DNA of 52,987 nucleotides from an uncultured Enterobacteriaceae bacterium (lineage in GTDB: Bacteria; Pseudomonadota; Gammaproteobacteria; Eutrophobiales; Eutrophobiaceae), in NCBI GenBank assembly GCA_964509455.1, contig CAZDXS010000125.1:1-52987 (forward strand), in the 5' to 3' direction. The notes under the pieces are model-generated. The model was not told the origin of the DNA and did not search any database. It worked only from the letters and a program-made list of their open reading frames with translations. A program made the translations under genes and the position numbers. This document shows, piece by piece, positions 21,363 to 30,044 of the stretch (positions within the stretch are counted from its first letter, which is position 1; every line of letters begins with the position of its first letter).

Positions 21363-23426
21363 TCAGTCCGCGTAGCGGGCGACTCGAAAGCCCACGTCGC
21401 GCCGCGCCTTTTCGCCGTAATCGCGGAACGACAGGCGCAACTCGGTCACGGCGCCGTGCGACCAGGCGGAGCCGCGAATAACGTGCAACTCGCCGCTGGT
21501 CGGCCCCATGGGGTCCGCCTGCTCTTCCTTGCCCAGTCCGCTCACGGAGTCGTAAAAGTCATTGGTCCACTCGGCGGCGTTGCCGCCCATGTCAAGCAAA
21601 CCCCGATGATTGGGCGCAAAACTGCCCACGGGTGCGGTTACGATAAAGCCGTCGTCGTATTTCTCGATGATCCTGCCCAGCAGGGACGCGGCTTCCCGCC
21701 CGGCGAAATTGCCGCTTTTTTCCGCAGGCGGCAACTTCTCGCCCCAGGGGAACTTGAGCGGCTTGTCGCCGGCGCCGGCCCGGGCGGCCCACGCCCATTC
21801 CGCCTCGGTGGGCAGGCGGTAACCGTCCGCGGCGCTGTTGAACCCGGTAACGGCGCCGCCCTGCTCGAGGTAGAACGGCTCTAAGGAATCCTGCCCGCTC
21901 AACCAGTTGCAGTAAAGCGCCGCCTGCGCCCAGCTGACGTTTACCACCGGTTGCCGCGCCCCGTTCAGGTTCTCCCCCTTGACGCGGCCCGACGAGAATC
22001 CCTTGTCAAACAACCGGTATTCCTTGTTGGTCACCTCGGCGACCCCCAGGTAAAACGGCCGGGTCAACCGTACCTTGCGAATGATTTCATTGGCGCGGCG
22101 CCCCGGCTCGCGCCGCGACGCGCCCATGGTGAACACGCCCGGGTAGAACAGTTTCAGCGTCTGTCCCGCGGGCGTCTTGAGTTCCGGAGCCAGGCTCTCC
22201 CGGCGCGCCTGGCGCGGCGTTTTCAGCACCGCGTTCAGGGATTGCTCCACGTCGGCATAGAGGGTCAAGGCGGTGCTGTAATCCTGGTAGCCCTGCAGGC
22301 GAATGACGATCTCGCGCTTGCCGGTGGGCAGTTGCACGACGCCCTTGGCGGGGCCGAACAACTTGCCGTCCACGTACAATTGCGCGCCGGCGGGGCGGAC
22401 ATTGACCGCCACGGCGGCTAATTCGGGTTGCAAGTCGACGTTCAGCTGCCGGCGCTCGCCGGCGCTCGCAGTGAATGATTTCAGCACCGGCCGATATCCC
22501 TGCTTGAACAGGCGGACCTCGTTGCGGCGCGTCGGAGACAGCGCCACGGTCAGCGGCGTCAATCCCTGGTAGTCGCCGTTCACGGTAACGCCGGCCCCCG
22601 GCGGCCGGGACGCCAGGGACAGGGCGGCGTCAGCCGGTTCCAGCCGCGCTTCGGGCACGACCAGCGGCTCGCCGGCGACCACGTCGATCTCCTGCCGCCA
22701 CGGATTGTAGCCGCTCGCCGTTATCCGGATGGCGTGTCTCCCCGCCGCCAGCTCCGCCGTCAGCGGCGTCTCGCCAAGGTTCTCGGCGCCGTTGAACACT
22801 GCAGCGCCCGGCGGGTCCGAGGTGAAACTCACCGGCGCCCAGGCGGCGCTGAGCTCGGCGACCAGGGACTGCTCCTGGTCCAGCCCCGCCACGGCCACGA
22901 CGGCGCTGAACGGCAGGTAACGCTCCGCCCGGAGCTCCACCTGGTACTCGCCGGCGGGCAAGGTCACCAGGGCCGGCGTTGTGCCGCGGGACTCGCCGTT
23001 GATGAAGATTTCCGCCGCCGCGGGCGGCCGGGTTTCCAGGCGCAGGCGCCCGGGCAACCGGGGCAACCGGTAACGGCGACTCTGGCCCGGCTGGTCGGTG
23101 ATGTTGAGCTTGTCTTTCACGGCGCCGTGCCCGGGCGCGGTCAGGGTCAGGTCGTATTCACCGGGGAGCGCCAGGTAACGGCCCAGCAGTTTCAGTTTGA
23201 CGCCGCCGTCCAGGTTGACCCTGGCGTTTGCCGGCTCGGTTTCAATGCGCACCGCCTGGGCGCTGAGCATGAACCAGGCGCCCAGCGCCGCGGCCGCTAG
23301 CAGGACAACGGCGCCGGCGGTTTGCGGGTTGATCGAAAAGCGCCGCCCCGGGGCTTGCTCCGCACGGGGATTGAATGCCGCGGGCTGAATGCGTTCGCCG
23401 CCGGCCGATGCCTTGTGATCGTTCAT
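21363..23426 (-). CDS. Membrane-anchored multi-PEGA + SUMF1/FGE-sulfatase (GldJ/K/TagR-like) domain protein
   Basis: Repeated S.PPGA.V..NG...G.TPL PEGA units; FGE motifs FTMG, RLPTEAEW..AAR, N..GL.DMGGNAAEW, RGSAW, GFRVAR. ATG 23426. Confidence 0.9.
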   Translation of the reverse strand: MNDHKASAGGERIQPAAFNPRAEQAPGRRFSINPQTAGAVVLLAAAALGAWFMLSAQAVRIETEPANARVNLDGGVKLKLLGRYLALPGEYDLTLTAPGHGAVKDKLNITDQPGQSRRYRLPRLPGRLRLETRPPAAAEIFINGESRGTTPALVTLPAGEYQVELRAERYLPFSAVVAVAGLDQEQSLVAELSAAWAPVSFTSDPPGAAVFNGAENLGETPLTAELAAGRHAIRITASGYNPWRQEIDVVAGEPLVVPEARLEPADAALSLASRPPGAGVTVNGDYQGLTPLTVALSPTRRNEVRLFKQGYRPVLKSFTASAGERRQLNVDLQPELAAVAVNVRPAGAQLYVDGKLFGPAKGVVQLPTGKREIVIRLQGYQDYSTALTLYADVEQSLNAVLKTPRQARRESLAPELKTPAGQTLKLFYPGVFTMGASRREPGRRANEIIRKVRLTRPFYLGVAEVTNKEYRLFDKGFSSGRVKGENLNGARQPVVNVSWAQAALYCNWLSGQDSLEPFYLEQGGAVTGFNSAADGYRLPTEAEWAWAARAGAGDKPLKFPWGEKLPPAEKSGNFAGREAASLLGRIIEKYDDGFIVTAPVGSFAPNHRGLLDMGGNAAEWTNDFYDSVSGLGKEEQADPMGPTSGELHVIRGSAWSHGAVTELRLSFRDYGEKARRDVGFRVARYAD

Positions 23427-23454
23427 AAGCGCTGTTGCCTGCCGCGGCGTCGGG

Positions 23455-25101
23455 CTAACTTCCCAGGGCGATCTTTTCCGTGCTGCTGACCACCACCGGC
23501 GCCGGGGACTTGCCGGGGGAGACCAGGAACTCAACCCGCACGTCCCGATAGCCGTTGCGGCGCCCCACCGCCACGTAGCGCCCCGGGCGCAACGCCAGGC
23601 TCTTGCTGGTGAAATGCCCCAGCTCGCCCACCTTGTAGAGGGTCACCCGCGTCAAGTTGTCGGACCTGAGTTGCACTTGCAAGGGCGTATCAGCCGCCTC
23701 CAGCAGGCGGGCAAGCCGGGACAACTGCCCGGCCAGGACCGGGCCGGGGTCGGGCAAGGTTGTCACGACATCCCGAAAAGCGCTGATCTCGTCAAAGAAA
23801 GCCCGATCAAACAGGCGTTCCGGTTGCGCCAGCACCTGCTCTAACCGCTCATGCATTTCGTTGCGCAGGGCGGTGCGCTTTTTCCCCTCCCGGGCGCCGG
23901 CCAGGTTGCCGTCCAGGGTCAACACGTCTTCGTACCGCGCCAGGGCCTGGCGCCAGTTTTCATTTTTTTCCGCCGCCCGGGCTTGTTCCAGCAGGGCCTT
24001 GATGCGCTCGCCCCGGGCCTGATGCCGGGCCTGCTCCAGTCCGTCGCGAGCGGCGCGGGAGTCGGGGTCCAACGACAGCGCCCGGGAAAAAGCCTGTTGC
24101 GCCTCCTGGTGACGGCTCGCCGCCAGCAACTTGAAACCGGAGGACATGGCGCGACTGAAATCCCGTTCGCCGACCTGCTTCTCTGCTTGTCGCAACCCCC
24201 GCTGCGCCCTGGCGGCATGCGGGTCCGCGTCCAGGGCCTGGCGATACAAGGCCATGGCTTCCCCGGCCTTGCCGTCCCGCAACAACCGGTCCCCCCGGTC
24301 CGCCAGGGCCATCACTTCATCCAGCACTTTGGCGCCGGCGATGCCGCGCCGGGCGTCCTGGTTGATGGGGTCGATGGCCAAGGCTGCCGTGAACGCCTGC
24401 TCCGCCGCAACCGCATCGCCCGCCGCCAGGGCGGCGGCGCCCGCCGCCAGGGTTTTCTCGAGCAACGGCGTTATGCCGTCCAGCAATCCGGTGAAAATAT
24501 CCAGCGCCGCCGCGTACTCGGCCTGCGCCCTGGGGAAATCCTGCTGTCCGTAGGCGGCGTCTCCCGCCCGAGCGCGTTGTTGCCCCTGCTGGTATTCCTC
24601 CCGCCCCCAGGTCATCACCCCTTTCTCTTCCAGGTCCTGTTGCGCATCCAACAACAGCTCCAGCACTTGCTGGCTGCCGCGGCGCTCCTTGGCCTGTTGC
24701 GCCTTCTCCCAAGGAGACTCGCCCGTTGCCGACCTGCGGCGGGTCGGCGGCGGTGTTGCATCGGCGGTTGTCCAGTCGTCCCTGGCGGTGAGCGAGGGGG
24801 CGGCGGTAACTGCGGGGGCGCTTTCGCGGGGCGAAAAGACGGAAGTCACGGCGTTTTTAATCCATGCCGCGCCCTGCAGGACGACCACCAAGCCAAGGGG
24901 GATGAGAATTGCGACCAGGCGCAGGGCGCGGCGGGCAAACAAGGCGGCGACAAAGGCAAGCGCCGCGGCGCCGTACCTGCGCCAGCGGCGGCCGCGGGGA
25001 GGATTGTTCGAGGCGGGCCCGTCCGGAGGGGCGGTCAGATCAATGCCGGCCGGTTTAATGGCGGCATAACCGGGGGCCTTGTTTTCATTGTCAGGCGCCA
25101 T
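23455..25101 (-). CDS. Membrane-anchored TPR/helical-repeat protein with C-terminal PEGA-like beta domain
   Basis: TPR-type 'A..AF..AL.IDP...AR.G' repeats; N-terminal TM segment; C-terminal LRPGRYVAVG.R.GYRDVR. Confidence 0.8.
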   Translation of the reverse strand: MAPDNENKAPGYAAIKPAGIDLTAPPDGPASNNPPRGRRWRRYGAAALAFVAALFARRALRLVAILIPLGLVVVLQGAAWIKNAVTSVFSPRESAPAVTAAPSLTARDDWTTADATPPPTRRRSATGESPWEKAQQAKERRGSQQVLELLLDAQQDLEEKGVMTWGREEYQQGQQRARAGDAAYGQQDFPRAQAEYAAALDIFTGLLDGITPLLEKTLAAGAAALAAGDAVAAEQAFTAALAIDPINQDARRGIAGAKVLDEVMALADRGDRLLRDGKAGEAMALYRQALDADPHAARAQRGLRQAEKQVGERDFSRAMSSGFKLLAASRHQEAQQAFSRALSLDPDSRAARDGLEQARHQARGERIKALLEQARAAEKNENWRQALARYEDVLTLDGNLAGAREGKKRTALRNEMHERLEQVLAQPERLFDRAFFDEISAFRDVVTTLPDPGPVLAGQLSRLARLLEAADTPLQVQLRSDNLTRVTLYKVGELGHFTSKSLALRPGRYVAVGRRNGYRDVRVEFLVSPGKSPAPVVVSSTEKIALGS

Positions 25102-26302
25102 CGCCTGCGGCTGACCCGGTTTCCATTTCGTGCAATTCTTTCAGGATTCGGCGCCACTGGTCATACTGCTCGTTGACCGTGCCCGACAGGGTGACGGTCT
25201 GGTCCTCCAGTTCTATGGAATGGGGTTCTATCTCCGAGTTGAGAGAAGCGGAAATCTCCTCTAAGGCTTCGGCGTGAATCTTGGCTTCTTCCCGTTTTTG
25301 CAGGCCGCTGCGAATGGCCATCGCACCGGCGCCTATGCCCACCACGCCCGCGGTGCGGGCAGTGCGGCTGTCAATCCCCTGGGCCAGGACCCCGGCCAGC
25401 ACCGCCAGGGCGCCGCCGACTACCCGCGAGTTCGCTTCCGCCCGCAATTCTTTCAATGCCTGGCTTTCCAGGTAAAACGCCTCGCGCCACTCCAGGTAAG
25501 GCGCCTCCATGCGGTCGACGAACGAGGCGTAGTACTCTTGCATGGTGTCGACGAACACGTGGTCCCGCTCGCGAATGCGGCGCACTTGTTGCAGGTTGGG
25601 ATCGTTGGCGGCCGGCAGGCGCTTGATGCGGTAACGCCCCCTGCCGTCCGCCTCCAGGTGGTCGTGAAACACCTCGGGGGAAAAATCCCTGGCAAATTTC
25701 AACTCGGCAATGGTGCGTATGGTCTCGATTTCGGCGGCGCTGAACTGGCTGCGATACGCCGCCATGTCGCCGGCGATCTGGTCATACAACTTCTGAAACG
25801 GCTCGGCGCCGCCGGCCGTGTCGGGGTCAAAGGAATACTTGCCCGCCACGCCCGTGTATTTTTTGCTGAACCAGCGTTTTCCCGCGGCGTCCTCCACGGT
25901 TACCCGCAACCAGAGATTCTCCCCGTCCGACTTCAGGATTTCGGCATCGACCCAGACGTCCATTTCGCTCACCCGGTCTGGTATGACCCGCACCACGCCC
26001 CAGTTGCCGGAGCGTTGCAGGGTCTCCACCAGTTTCACCGGCATGAAGCGGGCTTCTGCTGCGCGGATTGCGGGGAAAACGCCGTCCTCGTCATCGCTGA
26101 TGGCGTCAACGCCCGGGTTGAAAATGCCGACCCCCACGTCCAGCAACAGGGCTTCCGGAATCGGCTCGGTATTCGTGGAAACCCGCTCGTAGCTGGTCGT
26201 TTTTACCGTGGTCGTGTTGCAACCGGCCGCGATGAAACACAGTACGGCGATGATTGCGCCGGAGCGCACTGGTCTTGGCGTCATTTTCTGTCTTGGCCTC
26301 AT
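25091..26302 (-). CDS. Lipoprotein with glycine-zipper-like segment, unknown function
   Basis: Lipobox IAAGC; GGALAVLAGVLA...AGVVGIGAGA; overlaps both neighbours. Confidence 0.8.
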   Translation of the reverse strand: MRPRQKMTPRPVRSGAIIAVLCFIAAGCNTTTVKTTSYERVSTNTEPIPEALLLDVGVGIFNPGVDAISDDEDGVFPAIRAAEARFMPVKLVETLQRSGNWGVVRVIPDRVSEMDVWVDAEILKSDGENLWLRVTVEDAAGKRWFSKKYTGVAGKYSFDPDTAGGAEPFQKLYDQIAGDMAAYRSQFSAAEIETIRTIAELKFARDFSPEVFHDHLEADGRGRYRIKRLPAANDPNLQQVRRIRERDHVFVDTMQEYYASFVDRMEAPYLEWREAFYLESQALKELRAEANSRVVGGALAVLAGVLAQGIDSRTARTAGVVGIGAGAMAIRSGLQKREEAKIHAEALEEISASLNSEIEPHSIELEDQTVTLSGTVNEQYDQWRRILKELHEMETGSAAGDGA

Positions 26303-27393
26303 TTTAAGTCACGTTTGTATTTACGGTATTCTTCCCAGAGTTTTTCCCGCAGGGCGGGATCTTGTTCTTTCAGGGCGGCCTCGCGCAACTGCCGGGCAAT
26401 AATATCATCTCCCTCGGCGTCGGCAAGATCGGGGGGCGTCTGGGGAGTGCTTTGAGGATTCCCGCTGGACGGGACAGGTGCGTTGCGGCGCCCGCCGCCG
26501 GGGTTGCTTTCAGCCGGTGCGGTTTTCAGCGGCTCTTTCTCGTCGTCCAAGTTGCCGCGGTAGCCGCCCTGGTTGACTTTCCCCGCAATGGCGTCGCGCT
26601 CGCCCAACATGGCGCGATCAAATTCCGCCAGCCCCTCGTTCAGTTTTTTCTCCAGGGCCGCTTTTTCCTCGGCGTTGCCGGCAGCCGCAGTCCCCGAATC
26701 ACCGGCGCCTTTATCCAGCGCTTCCAGCGCCGCGGCCAGGATTTCATCTTCGGTTCGGTCGTTACCGGTTGCTCCGCCGCCGGGTTGCCCCGCAACGCCG
26801 TCCGGACTACTGCCCGTCCCCTGGACGTCGCCTGCGTCAGCCTTTTGTTCGTTGCCGGTTGCTCCGCCGCCGGACCGTCCCGCAACGCCGCCCGGACTAC
26901 TGCCCGTCCCAGATGCGTTTTCTGCGCCGCCCGCTTGGCCGTTGCCTGCTTCCCCGTCGCCGCCGGGTTGCCCCGCAACGCCGGCCGGGCTGCCGTCCGT
27001 CTCAGGGGCATTTTCTGCGCCGGCCGCTTGGCCGCTGTCTGCTTCCTCGGCGCCGGCGGCGGAAGAATCTGCCGGAGCGCCGGCGCCTTTATCCAGCGCC
27101 TCCAGTGCCGCGGCCAGGATTTCATCTTCGCTCTTGCCGGCACCGGATTGATTGCCGGCGCCGCCCGATCCCGGGGCGTCGCCTGCGTCAGCCTTTTGTC
27201 CGTTGCCCGCCGCTTCGCCGCCGGGCACGCCCGTTGTACTGCCGCCGGGAACGCCCGCCGGATGGCCGCCGGGAACGCCCGCGGCATCTGTTGAACGCAC
27301 GGGAGATGTGGTATTGCAAGCGGCGGCGAACATCGCCAGCGCGGCGACCACCGCGCCGCGCAATGCCGCGCCTGCTGTGTTTCTGCTGTTCAT
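26299..27393 (-). CDS. Lipoprotein with long repeat-expanded Gly/Ala/acidic disordered region and helical C-terminal domain (first gene of the operon)
   Basis: Lipobox FAAAC; EDEILAAALEALDKGAG occurs twice; C-terminus DDIIARQLREAA..E.DP.LRE.LWEEYRKYK. ATG 27393. Confidence 0.75.
   Translation of the reverse strand: MNSRNTAGAALRGAVVAALAMFAAACNTTSPVRSTDAAGVPGGHPAGVPGGSTTGVPGGEAAGNGQKADAGDAPGSGGAGNQSGAGKSEDEILAAALEALDKGAGAPADSSAAGAEEADSGQAAGAENAPETDGSPAGVAGQPGGDGEAGNGQAGGAENASGTGSSPGGVAGRSGGGATGNEQKADAGDVQGTGSSPDGVAGQPGGGATGNDRTEDEILAAALEALDKGAGDSGTAAAGNAEEKAALEKKLNEGLAEFDRAMLGERDAIAGKVNQGGYRGNLDDEKEPLKTAPAESNPGGGRRNAPVPSSGNPQSTPQTPPDLADAEGDDIIARQLREAALKEQDPALREKLWEEYRKYKRDLK
26705..27290. repeat. 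Intragenic in-frame repeats (90-bp units, a ~47-bp block repeated 378 bp apart, 24-bp units)
   Basis: 26761-26820 is near-identical to 26851-26910. The GCGCCTTTATCCAGCGC...CATCTTCG block occurs at ~26705 and ~27083. GCCGCCGGG(C/A)ACGCCCG occurs three times at ~27217-27281. Confidence 0.85.
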
Positions 27394-27433
27394 GGTGCTT
27401 GCCCGTTTCCGCAACCCCCTTGCTTGTCTTTGC

Positions 27434-27462
27434 ATTATACTGGAAAGCGTCCCCATATTCAG
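27434..27462 (-). promoter_or_regulatory. Putative promoter of the motor/VWA operon
   Basis: Perfect TATAAT on the minus strand (plus-strand ATTATA 27434-27439), 40 nt upstream of ATG 27393. Weak -35 (CTGAAT) at 17-nt spacing. Confidence 0.45.
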
Positions 27463-27752
27463 GTTAGACGGTTGAGATCGGTTATTGTTCCAGCGGCAAC
27501 GGCAACGGCAACGCCAAGCGCATCAGGAGCGGGCATTGCGGATTAAACAGCCGGGCCGGCCGCGGCGCCGGACCCACGGGGTTGCAGGCATTGGACAAAC
27601 CCGTCCAGGCGAGGGTCTCCCGCTCGCGACGGGTAAAGCAGGTTTTGTTCGCGGCGTACCGCTGTCGTTGTGCTATTATTCCAGTGATTGTGCGCCCGTT
27701 CGGAATGGGACGACAGTACGGCCTAAGCGCCCCGCCAATTGGTGAAAAATAG

Positions 27753-28553
27753 TTGACAATCAGGTTCGCAAATTTTGAAATCCGCAGTGCGTTGCGGCGG
27801 GCCGCTCTCGCCGTTTGCCTGGCCCTGCCGCCGGGCAGCCAGGCGCCGGCCGCGCCGTTTAACTACACCTGGCGCATCGAGGAGCTTGCCAGGGCGGATA
27901 CCGACGTCATCGAGTTGCGCGGCGCCGGCGCCCGGTTGCTGAAAAAAGTTGACGTCCAGCAGATGGTCTATCTCTACTCGGTGATGCAAGCGATTTCGAA
28001 AGTCTCGGAAATGAGATCGGAGTTGCTCATCACCGACGGCGAGCAACCCAATGCCTTCGCCACCAGGGGCACGATGGCGTTAACGCCGGCGGAGGACGGC
28101 GTCGGCGACGGGCCTGCGGGAAGCGCCCCGGGCAGGCCGGTAACGGGCTCACGGCCGGCCGAGGGGACAAGGTACGTTGACGTCAACATCATCGGCATCA
28201 ACTTCGCCATGCTCGACATCTTAGGGCTGGACGTGCACATGGCCGCCGCCCTGATCGGGCATGAGCTGGGCCATCTGAAACTGAACCACGGGGAGGAACA
28301 CAGGACCAGAAGCCCCGCCGATCTGAGAACCGCCGGCAACACGAGATACAGCCGGGACAACGAACGGGAAGCGGATTACCTGGGCGCGGTGTGGGCGGTG
28401 GAAGCCGGCTATGATCCGACCGGGGCGGTGCGCTTGCAGGAGATCATCTACAAAAAGACCAAGCACCTGTCCGGCGGGTTTTCCGGCACCCATCCATCGT
28501 CCATTGAGCGGATCACAAAACTGAAGTCCCTGGCCCGCAGGCTGTCCCGGTAG
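27753..28553 (+). CDS. M48 family zinc metallopeptidase (exported)
   Basis: PNAFA, GHELGH (HExxH), YSRDNEREAD, THPS..ERI. Confidence 0.88.
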   Translation: MTIRFANFEIRSALRRAALAVCLALPPGSQAPAAPFNYTWRIEELARADTDVIELRGAGARLLKKVDVQQMVYLYSVMQAISKVSEMRSELLITDGEQPNAFATRGTMALTPAEDGVGDGPAGSAPGRPVTGSRPAEGTRYVDVNIIGINFAMLDILGLDVHMAAALIGHELGHLKLNHGEEHRTRSPADLRTAGNTRYSRDNEREADYLGAVWAVEAGYDPTGAVRLQEIIYKKTKHLSGGFSGTHPSSIERITKLKSLARRLSR

Positions 28554-28805
28554 TTTCGCCGCGGCGGCCCCGGCTCGCGTTCGACTCGCGGGACGCCAAT
28601 CCGGTTATGCCCGGGGCGCCGCATCTGGTAGAATGGCGCTTTTGTATGAAACACATCCGGACCCATGAGACCCCGCAAAGCATGACCCCGCCATTCTTTT
28701 CTGAGAATGTTCAGGCGCCCGGCGCCTTGGCGCGGTAAAAAAACTGATGATGTTTGAAGAAGCGCACCCGCGGCGAACAGCCTGCCGCGCCCGCCCCGGC
28801 AGGGC

Positions 28806-29927
28806 GTGATAATGCCGGTTCAGCGCCCGGCCAACGAGGAGACGACGCCCTCGGCGTCCGGCAAGCCCCCGGCGACCGGCGCCGCCGGAGCCGCGGCAGA
28901 GCAAGGCGAAAACAAGGGCGACCCCCCCCTGGTTTCCGTGATTGTGCCGGCGCGGGACGCAGAAGACACCATCGAGGCCTGCCTTGACTCGATCCTGTCC
29001 CAGGACTACCCGGGCAGGGTGGAGGTGTTGGTGGCCGATGGCTCGGATTCCCAGGCCGTGGCTGACCTGGTGAAACAACACGCGCCGCGCGTGCGTCTGC
29101 TCGCCAACCATGCCCAATCCACTCCCAACGGCCTTAACGTGGCCCTGCAAGCGTCCCGGGGCGAAGTCATTGTGCGTTGCGACGCCCATGCGATTCTGCC
29201 CCCCGGCTACCTGCGCCGCTCGGTGGAAATGCTGTCGCGCACGGGCGCCGCGAACGTGGGAGGGCGTCAACACCCGGTGGGCGACACGTTCTTTGAGCGG
29301 GCGGTCGCCCTGGCAATGGGCACGTGGTGCGGCTCAGGCGGCGCCCACTACCGCAGAAGCGACGGCGCGGGCGCGGTGGACACCGTGTACCTGGGGGTGT
29401 TCCGGCGCGATGTGCTGGATGCGGTGGAGGGCTTCAACCTGGCTTTCGAACGCCACCAGGACTATGAACTCAACTGGCGGTTGCGGGAGCGCGGCGAAAC
29501 AGTGTGGTTCGACCCCGGGCTGGTGGTTACGTACAAGCCACGCAGCAACCTGTGGCAACTTGCCAGGCAGTACGCCGGGTACGGATGGTGGAAGTTCGTC
29601 ATGTTGCGCCGGTATCCGGCGTCGTTGCGCCGCCGGCATCTCGCCGCGCCGGTGCTGGTGCTCAGCCTGGCAGCGGCGCCGTTGGCCGCGGCGGCCGGCG
29701 GCGCGGCGGCAATCGCCGGGGCGATATTCCCCGCCGGCTGGCTGACGGCGGTGCTGGGGGAGACCCTGCTCACCGGCATTCGCCGGCGGGCGCCGGAAGC
29801 GGTGTTGCTTCCCCTGGTGCTGGCGACGATGCACCTGGTCTGGGGTTGCGGCTTCCTGTGCTCGGCGTTGCGCACGGCCCTGGGTTGGTTGCGGGTCGCC
29901 CGCCTCACGCCCGGCGCGGCATCATGA
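28806..29927 (+). CDS. GT2 glycosyltransferase, succinoglycan ExoA-like
   Basis: VSVIVPARD, VADGSD, RCDAH (DxH), DTVYLG.FRR, QDYELN.RLR, C-terminal TM helices. Exact start uncertain. Confidence 0.88.
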   Translation: MIMPVQRPANEETTPSASGKPPATGAAGAAAEQGENKGDPPLVSVIVPARDAEDTIEACLDSILSQDYPGRVEVLVADGSDSQAVADLVKQHAPRVRLLANHAQSTPNGLNVALQASRGEVIVRCDAHAILPPGYLRRSVEMLSRTGAANVGGRQHPVGDTFFERAVALAMGTWCGSGGAHYRRSDGAGAVDTVYLGVFRRDVLDAVEGFNLAFERHQDYELNWRLRERGETVWFDPGLVVTYKPRSNLWQLARQYAGYGWWKFVMLRRYPASLRRRHLAAPVLVLSLAAAPLAAAAGGAAAIAGAIFPAGWLTAVLGETLLTGIRRRAPEAVLLPLVLATMHLVWGCGFLCSALRTALGWLRVARLTPGAAS

Positions 29928-30044
29928 GGATGGCGCGGGGAGAGACGCGGGCCGGCGCTCCTTTCTGGAACCGCCCGGACGAGAAACTCCGGAGAGCAAG
30001 CGGTTCCCGGCGCGAGCGCCCGGCAGGCACAGGATAAGACCAAC

